A DNA stretch of 64,000 nucleotides. Origin: Convolutriloba macropyga. Taxonomy: Eukaryota. The notes under the pieces are model-generated. The model was not told the origin of the DNA. It made no database searches and saw nothing but the letters and a program-made list of their open reading frames with translations. This document shows positions 57,458 through 64,000 of the stretch, piece after piece. A program made the position numbers and the translations under genes. Every line of letters starts with the position of its first letter. The first letter of the stretch is position 1. Where the stretch lies: assembly GCF_964194025.1 (NCBI RefSeq), contig NC_134476.1, positions 5,270,001-5,334,000 of the forward strand, in the 5' to 3' direction.

Positions 57458-59956
57458 AATCAGGTATATTCTTTAAAAAACTTTCAAGAATTTGAAAAAA
57501 AAATGTAAATTTTATCTAAAAATGGCTAATACTCGAGTCATTAAAAAATTAATAACCATTCCATTAACTCTAGAAAATATGAAGCAGCTTATTTTCAAAC
57601 CTCGAAAGAGGTCCCTGGGCCCCTGGTGCCAAAAACTTTTAAAAATTATTTTAAAACTTTAAAAATTGCAAATATTTTTTTTATTATTCTTAGAAACACA
57701 TTGCATTGAAATTAATAAAAAAGCGAAATCATGAAAACAATGAAATCTTGACAAATTATAAGAACTGAAAGGCAGAAAAAAAACCACAATTATGTTCATT
57801 ATCTTGATATCACAAAATTAAATTGAAATAAAATATAGTACAACAAAAAGTAAATTTTAATGTTTGGCCTCAGCAAACAACCAAATTTATTGCACCATGT
57901 TCTTATCAAAATAAAACTCAAAATAAAACAAAAAGGAGTCCCAAACAATGAAAAATTTTGCCGCAAAAGTAAAAACGTTCAAAAAGTTTTTCTATCTCAT
58001 TGAAAATCAAACGCTTAACGTTACACAACAATTGAACTATTAATAAGTTCAATTGTTAACCCTGAAGAGTACATGCAACGCTTAATCCAATCAACCCAAG
58101 CAAAGAAAAAATTGAAACTGAAAATTGCTTATATTCGTGAATAAAAATCTTCAAAAAATTCCATTTGATCTAGAAACCAAGCTTTAAACTATTATCAAAC
58201 CCTAGAGGAGGTTCCCTGCCTCCTGAGGCTGGAGAAACCTAAAAAAAATGGCAAAAAATTTTAAAAACATTTAAAAAAAAATGTGAAAATTAGTATAAAT
58301 TTGAGTGTTTTTGTGTAGAATACCAAACCTTTTTGTGTAGCTCTTTATAAGGTCATAAAAAGCACTTATGTCTTGCAAAAGAGCTTTAACAACTTTAGCC
58401 AGACTCAAAAAACCGCAAAAAAGACAAAAATCAAAAAACCGCAAAAAACACGAAAAATTGCAACATTTTGAGCACAAAAACTCCTCAAAAAGGCCTTTTA
58501 GCCCTAAACTATGGCCTCCCCGGTAACTTCATCACACTAAGTACTTGAAGGACTACTAAACGCGGCTAGGGGCCTCTAATGAAACCTAATGCCCGGTGGG
58601 CTCTAACTGTTTATCCCGTTTTAAAGGACGAAAAGTCAAGTGGGTCAGAAGAAAAATCGTTCAAGCGAAAAATCGCATAAAAAAAGCCCAACAGGACTAT
58701 TATAATTGCAACAAACTTCGTTTGAGAGCAATTAATCAGGTAAATTCTTTAAAAACGAAAAAAATAACGGAAAATTTATCAGCAGGGACTGCTTTTGCAA
58801 TATATTTATTTTATTAATAGACTATTATTAAACTCTTCTCTCCCAAATAGTACCACAAAAGATATAATAAGGGCCACATGTTTACCCGACAATGCAGATA
58901 AATCGAGGAAATATTAGAGCTCATTTTGGGAATCTTCTCTTTAGCCATCGCGACTGACAAGAAAAAGTAATAGCCTAAAAATGGCCATTATCAGAGTTTT
59001 GAGAAACTGCTATCAAACTTTTGCACAACTTCCTCCGTCTGTCCTTAAGACACCAAACATTTGTGGAAAAAGTAACCAGATAATGTTATTTGATCTAGTT
59101 ATTTGAGATAGTTAATGTTATCTGAAGTAGAAGATGACGTCACTAGCCCAAAAAGCGTTCAAATAGAATTATACATCTACAGAGTATTCTTTTTCGTATC
59201 AGATGATGGTCATCGCAAAATCTACGAAAAAGTGCAACTGGGCTAAAAAATCTTAATTTCATTTAAAGGTGCTCGCCCTATTTAAACGACACTGAATGCA
59301 GCCGTGGAATGCCCAAGCCTTTATCATCAAATTACTTGATATATTTTGCATGTAAAAACTTAAAATTTTCTTTTGAAGTCAACTAGGCGGGGCAGTTACA
59401 TCGATCGACGGCAGCCCATCAGACATTTGCATATTTATAGATGTCATTCTTTTCCGATTCACTTGATCAAATGCGATTCCAGGCCACGCAGATAATCGTG
59501 AGTCTGCCCCTTTTAAAAATATTCATGGAAAACAGTCTTAGGAATCTCTCGACGGAGAGATTGTAAATTCAACTAAAATCTGTAATACTTACAATTGTTA
59601 AAATAGCTTTAAAATAGCTTTAAATTGATATTATTTTCGCTTTGTCAACTGCAAGTTTTATGGCTCCCACATTAAGCATTTTAAAAATGATCGTCATCAC
59701 TCAATTGAATCAAATGAAAATTTTCAGACACAAAAATTGAAGTACTGTCTATAAAAAAATATATTTATTCGAGAACAATTATTAAGTCCTTAAATGAGAG
59801 GCTGAGAACGTGTTTGAAATAAAAGAAAGAATTAAGAATCTCAATTAGGTTTCGAGATACCGAAATATACCATTAATACAATTCATTATTAGACTCTGAT
59901 TAGTAAAACATGACAATTTACAAGACCCACAAAAACCAAACTATAAACAATAAATC

Positions 59957-62900
59957 TCAAACAATAACTAATCCTCCGACTATATCCAAAAACTTTTCCA
60001 GTCTATTTTTGAAAATGGTTCCCGTCCGTTTCGAGCTTCCTTTCGTGTTCGTATTGCAAATTGGGGCTGTCAGATTAACAAAAGCTGCGACTACTTTTTC
60101 GTGTATGTTTTCATCTGTAATTACTAAATTGGTCAAAACGGCTTCGAAAATTTCGTTCACATCGTTTGGCAAAAGCGTGATCAAATGTAACAAAGCTTCC
60201 GAGCTTGCTTCGATATTATCATTTGATATGGAATGGTTAATCAAACTTCTGAAAATAGTTCTGATAAAATGTTTGCAAGTATTTATTATAACCGATTTCT
60301 CGTGGTCATTACTATTTTGACTAGCTGACATTGTAACAGCGTATTGGGCTAATGAAGAAATTGATTTCAAGGCTTGATTTGCTTCCGAAGAAGTCCCGTA
60401 CAGCAACGCATTATCGATTGATGAAAACACGATTTCGTAAACCGATTCGTTCATAACTTTCAGCGCTTTCTCGGAATAAAACTCAAAAAGAGTCGCAATA
60501 AGATCAAAGTAAACATCGGATATTTTGGGCACTTTCAAGAAATCGTTATTCAGTGTCGGAGCAATTATGTTTAACGAGCTGAAGGCCGCTTTTGCAGAAT
60601 CTATAGAAACAAATGTTCCGAATACATCAATGCTTTCAATTGAAGCAATGTTTAAAACTATCCCTAGGACAGTTTCAAGCCAAACGAATATCGAATCATC
60701 TTCATTTGATTTTGAGCTGATTTTGATTTTTAGTAACCCTTGGGCTACAAAAGTTTGCAAGTAGTTATAACAAACATCTAATAAACATTCTAGCTGTTTT
60801 GCTTTTAACGAAGGCAAAGCAATCGAGGTCAAGTCATACAGACAATAAAGCTGGCAAGTGACAATTTCTTCATTGTAAAGGTTCGACGACAAAATGTTAC
60901 TAAAGCTTGCAATAATTTTGGATGTCATTTCGAATATCAATTCTGTATTTTCTGGATGACAGGCTTTGATCGACCCTCGCGTCAACTCAAGAATAAGGTT
61001 CAGTTCTCGAATGATTACAGCGCTATGATTCGATTTCTTTAGTTCATTATTGCGTAACACACAAACGTCAAAATTATGAACCAAAAGATTTTTCAGCAAC
61101 AATTCTGTCATTTCAGGACTTTTCATAACTGCGATCATTAAACTTTGCATTAACGTCTGGCAGCAATCTGCAGATAAATTATTCCAAAACTGGTCGTGCT
61201 TTGTAATTAACTCGATAATTTCGTTCATTGCCGGGCATTTTAAAACGGCTTCGCGATTGTGCTGGACTAAATTTAGCAATAAATTTAGGGTTTCTTGGAC
61301 TACGTTTGCTTCTGAATTATATTTCAGGATGTTAAGCAAAACTTTGCTCAACAAGGTTTCAACTAACCATTGACCTCCGCCACTTTCTTGACCGAAAATT
61401 GTTTTCATGCTAGTGCTGACCTCGATGGTCAAAGCGTCGTTTCTGTACAAAATATAACTTTCGCAAAGACGACTTAGAAACACCAAACAGTCCGAAGATA
61501 ATTCTGGCGACAACATTGAAGGCATATCCGCATGCAAAAATCGGTTCTCTAAATTGATGTAATTAAAGACTGAAGCTATAATTTGAACAATTGGATCTAT
61601 AACAATGTTTTCGGTTTTCACAACTGTTGCATAATCGATAAACATATTATGCAACAATGAAGCATCTTGTGTAACCGAATCTTGAGCGCGTAATGACAAA
61701 TCAAGTACCTCATAGGGTACCGTCGGAGTTTCTCCAAGAGTTTCGTCAGCTAAGAGGTGGGAAGTTATCAAAACAACCCAGTGAAGATCTTCAAAGATCT
61801 TATCAATCCCCGAGTGATTTTTGTCAACAGTTAAACAATGGAAGAGCTGGGCCACAGAATGGTCCATGAGAGAGGTTACTAAAGGCACTGTTTTATCGAG
61901 GCAATTTCGCCCGACAGTAGCGATAGCATTCAACTGGTCAGCAAAAAGAGTTCGATCATTTTCTTCTGTTTCTTCAATTTCGGTTTCATCACACTCTTTT
62001 CGTAAACCCTCAGGCTCGCCAATATGACACTGCGCATAGAATGAAAACAATTCAAAACAAAGTTCTTGAACTTTGGGCAAAAATTGTCCAAAATTGTTAT
62101 CTGTCAAATGAACAGCCCAGCTATTAAGTAACAATTGAAAAGCATCTCGAAACACGTGATCATCGTTATTTGATTCCTCGGTTGTCAAATATTGACAAAA
62201 CTTAACTGACAATCGGTTAAAATCTTGGAAAAAAGAGAGCATTGTATTTTCGGGGAGGCTTGTCCAAATATCTTTACCGAAGCACACGCTTAGTTTGTTT
62301 ATAACTGATGCGACTTCAAATGGATGTTCATAACATAGTTTGTCATTTTTCGTCAACTGAGAGTTTGTAAATGATATGAATTTGGACAAATAATCGACTT
62401 GCTCTTGTTTTTGAGTGAAAATATTGCCACTCAAAGACGCCAGAAGCATAATTGAATGCAACCATGGCTTATATAAAGATTCACTATAGGGCAGTTTGCT
62501 TCCCAATTGTATCAGGAAATCAACAGAGTCAGATTCAAGGAAAATTGTTTTCCATTCAAGTCCCGGTCTCAGAATTTCTGATGCCTCAGTTAACTGATTA
62601 CGATTTGGAAATAAAAAATTCCAACTCAAAATACGCTCTATGAGCTCAAAAGAACGTTTTGCAAAAACGGTCAACTCTGAAGTGTTCACGTCGCTCATCA
62701 AGTTTCCATATATGCTCTGCATTTGTTTAATCAGAGTATGCAGAAGCGAAGGCAGATCTTTACTTTGAAATTCAATTTTTGATAATTTCATGGACTGAGA
62801 GGACACTTGGAGCTGCGAATTATAAACTGAACCAAATTCTGCAATCAAGGAATCCGCTAAATTAAATGCCAATAATCGCAAGGCTCTGCTGTCTGTCCTC

Positions 62901-63325
62901 AGAAGCTCAAAAATACTGTCAAAAAGTTTCGATTTCCCCCACGGGTCACCAGCTATAGTAGATCGTTTAACGATAACAGATATGGCACTACACAACTGCT
63001 GCGTGACATAGTTAGGCATAGCAGCATTTCTATGATTAGAAACAGCGAACTGAATAACTAATTCTAGCCACTCATGAACTTGCTGGACAGCTAAACTAGT
63101 CCAATGAGCAACAATAGCTTCTTTCAGAATGTTGAAAGTATAGAACAAAACGGGACTTGTCTTCAGGCTTGCATCATTTGATATCAAAACTCCTCGGCAA
63201 AAATCCAGAACAATCGTCTGCTTCTTAAGCTGCACTATGACACTTTCGGCCGACTTTCGTTCATCTTCATTCGCAGTTCCCTCTGAGAGAACTTTAGATG
63301 CCCAAACGAACGATTGTACAGACAT
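59957..63325 (-). CDS. XPO4: Exportin-4 (importin-beta family), uninterrupted CDS; the ORF extends to 63412 but ATG 63325 follows a splice acceptor
   Basis: ILRPGLEW, EETEENDRTLFADQL, FEDLHWVVLITSHLLADETLGETP, LSPEL match exportin-4 as I recall it; helical HEAT-like composition. Confidence 0.88.
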   Translation of the reverse strand: MSVQSFVWASKVLSEGTANEDERKSAESVIVQLKKQTIVLDFCRGVLISNDASLKTSPVLFYTFNILKEAIVAHWTSLAVQQVHEWLELVIQFAVSNHRNAAMPNYVTQQLCSAISVIVKRSTIAGDPWGKSKLFDSIFELLRTDSRALRLLAFNLADSLIAEFGSVYNSQLQVSSQSMKLSKIEFQSKDLPSLLHTLIKQMQSIYGNLMSDVNTSELTVFAKRSFELIERILSWNFLFPNRNQLTEASEILRPGLEWKTIFLESDSVDFLIQLGSKLPYSESLYKPWLHSIMLLASLSGNIFTQKQEQVDYLSKFISFTNSQLTKNDKLCYEHPFEVASVINKLSVCFGKDIWTSLPENTMLSFFQDFNRLSVKFCQYLTTEESNNDDHVFRDAFQLLLNSWAVHLTDNNFGQFLPKVQELCFELFSFYAQCHIGEPEGLRKECDETEIEETEENDRTLFADQLNAIATVGRNCLDKTVPLVTSLMDHSVAQLFHCLTVDKNHSGIDKIFEDLHWVVLITSHLLADETLGETPTVPYEVLDLSLRAQDSVTQDASLLHNMFIDYATVVKTENIVIDPIVQIIASVFNYINLENRFLHADMPSMLSPELSSDCLVFLSRLCESYILYRNDALTIEVSTSMKTIFGQESGGGQWLVETLLSKVLLNILKYNSEANVVQETLNLLLNLVQHNREAVLKCPAMNEIIELITKHDQFWNNLSADCCQTLMQSLMIAVMKSPEMTELLLKNLLVHNFDVCVLRNNELKKSNHSAVIIRELNLILELTRGSIKACHPENTELIFEMTSKIIASFSNILSSNLYNEEIVTCQLYCLYDLTSIALPSLKAKQLECLLDVCYNYLQTFVAQGLLKIKISSKSNEDDSIFVWLETVLGIVLNIASIESIDVFGTFVSIDSAKAAFSSLNIIAPTLNNDFLKVPKISDVYFDLIATLFEFYSEKALKVMNESVYEIVFSSIDNALLYGTSSEANQALKSISSLAQYAVTMSASQNSNDHEKSVIINTCKHFIRTIFRSLINHSISNDNIEASSEALLHLITLLPNDVNEIFEAVLTNLVITDENIHEKVVAAFVNLTAPICNTNTKGSSKRTGTIFKNRLEKFLDIVGGLVIV

Positions 63326-63465
63326 TTGAATCTGAAAAAGAGCAGGATAGATCACAAGTCGATACCAACTAAGAAAGAAATCTCGAAACTGTATCGGAAA
63401 CTCTACATACAATTAAGACGAATCTAACTCCTGCACATGGACTCATGCGAAGATAAGGAAATTGT

Positions 63466-63595
63466 GGGTCTTTCCCATTATAGCCCCCCCCCCATGAAAT
63501 TATAGCCCCCCATTATGGTATAATAACCATGATTGGGGGCTATAGGTTATCTGACCACTAAGCTGGGGGAGGGGGGGCTATAATGGGAAAGACCC
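63466..63595. mobile_element. 130-bp MITE with ~25-bp TIRs and an 8-bp TSD (Merlin- or hAT-like)
   Basis: GGGTCTTTCCCATTATAGCCCCCCC ... GGGGGGGCTATAATGGGAAAGACCC, flanked by GAAATTGT / GAAATTGC. Confidence 0.85.
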
Positions 63596-64000
63596 GAAAT
63601 TGCAATCTCTCATCGAAGATCAAAAGGACAGCAGACACAAAATCAACAGGGTGCAGACCCCCGGGACCCATCTCCGAAGCCTAAACTAGCACTGTAGAAA
63701 ACGGGGGTACGGCACTACTACGAAATATCAGAACAGTGTCTTTAAAATCACCTCAAAAACGCATTACCTTAAAATTCCAGCAATATGCTAGGCTCTAGAA
63801 GCCGCGTCAAAAAAATGAAAAATTATTGTTATACTAATCAAGTGTCTAGCCTCCCCTCTGGTGCAACAACGCTAAAAGTATTATCAAACTCAGTTGGACG
63901 TTCATTGCCGCAGCAGCCTCTCAGACAGATAATTGCACTGGTTAGGAGTGCGAAACGTATCTTCGTCGGAATGCGTTATTGCGTCCGTGTGTGTCGTGTT

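Overview
AT-rich eukaryotic (metazoan-like, species not assignable from sequence) genomic DNA dominated by mobile elements. (1) A complete 18.7-kb Polinton/Maverick (adintovirus-type endogenous dsDNA virus) spans 5153-23877, with 62-bp TIRs and a perfect 6-bp TSD (TCTATT). It encodes a protein-primed PolB (C2H2 fingers, OTU-like protease, Vsr-like insert; split by two small indels), packaging ATPase, integrase, penton, core protein, hexon and adenain protease. It also has an accessory block (two double-PC4-like proteins, a PLA2-like protein, a DnaQ/Maelstrom-like nuclease, a 2-TM protein) and rich non-coding structure (15 x 111-bp array next to a 36-bp-stem palindrome, 6 x 25-bp repeats, 5 x 101-bp subterminal repeats with co-varying inverted repeats). 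(2) Three host genes on the minus strand: COX11 (4 coding exons), RNF146 (2 coding exons) and an XPO4 with an uninterrupted CDS. (3) A decayed CR1/L2-group LINE interrupted by an 11.7-kb Ty3/Gypsy LTR element that carries a TARG1/OARD1-type macrodomain between protease and RT and a chuvirus-G-like envelope gene. (4) A second related LINE, a second env relic at the window start, and several MITEs. The best candidates for undescribed biology are the macrodomain-plus-env retroelement, and the Polinton accessory block and array/palindrome module. All family assignments are by-eye motif recognition, not database searches.
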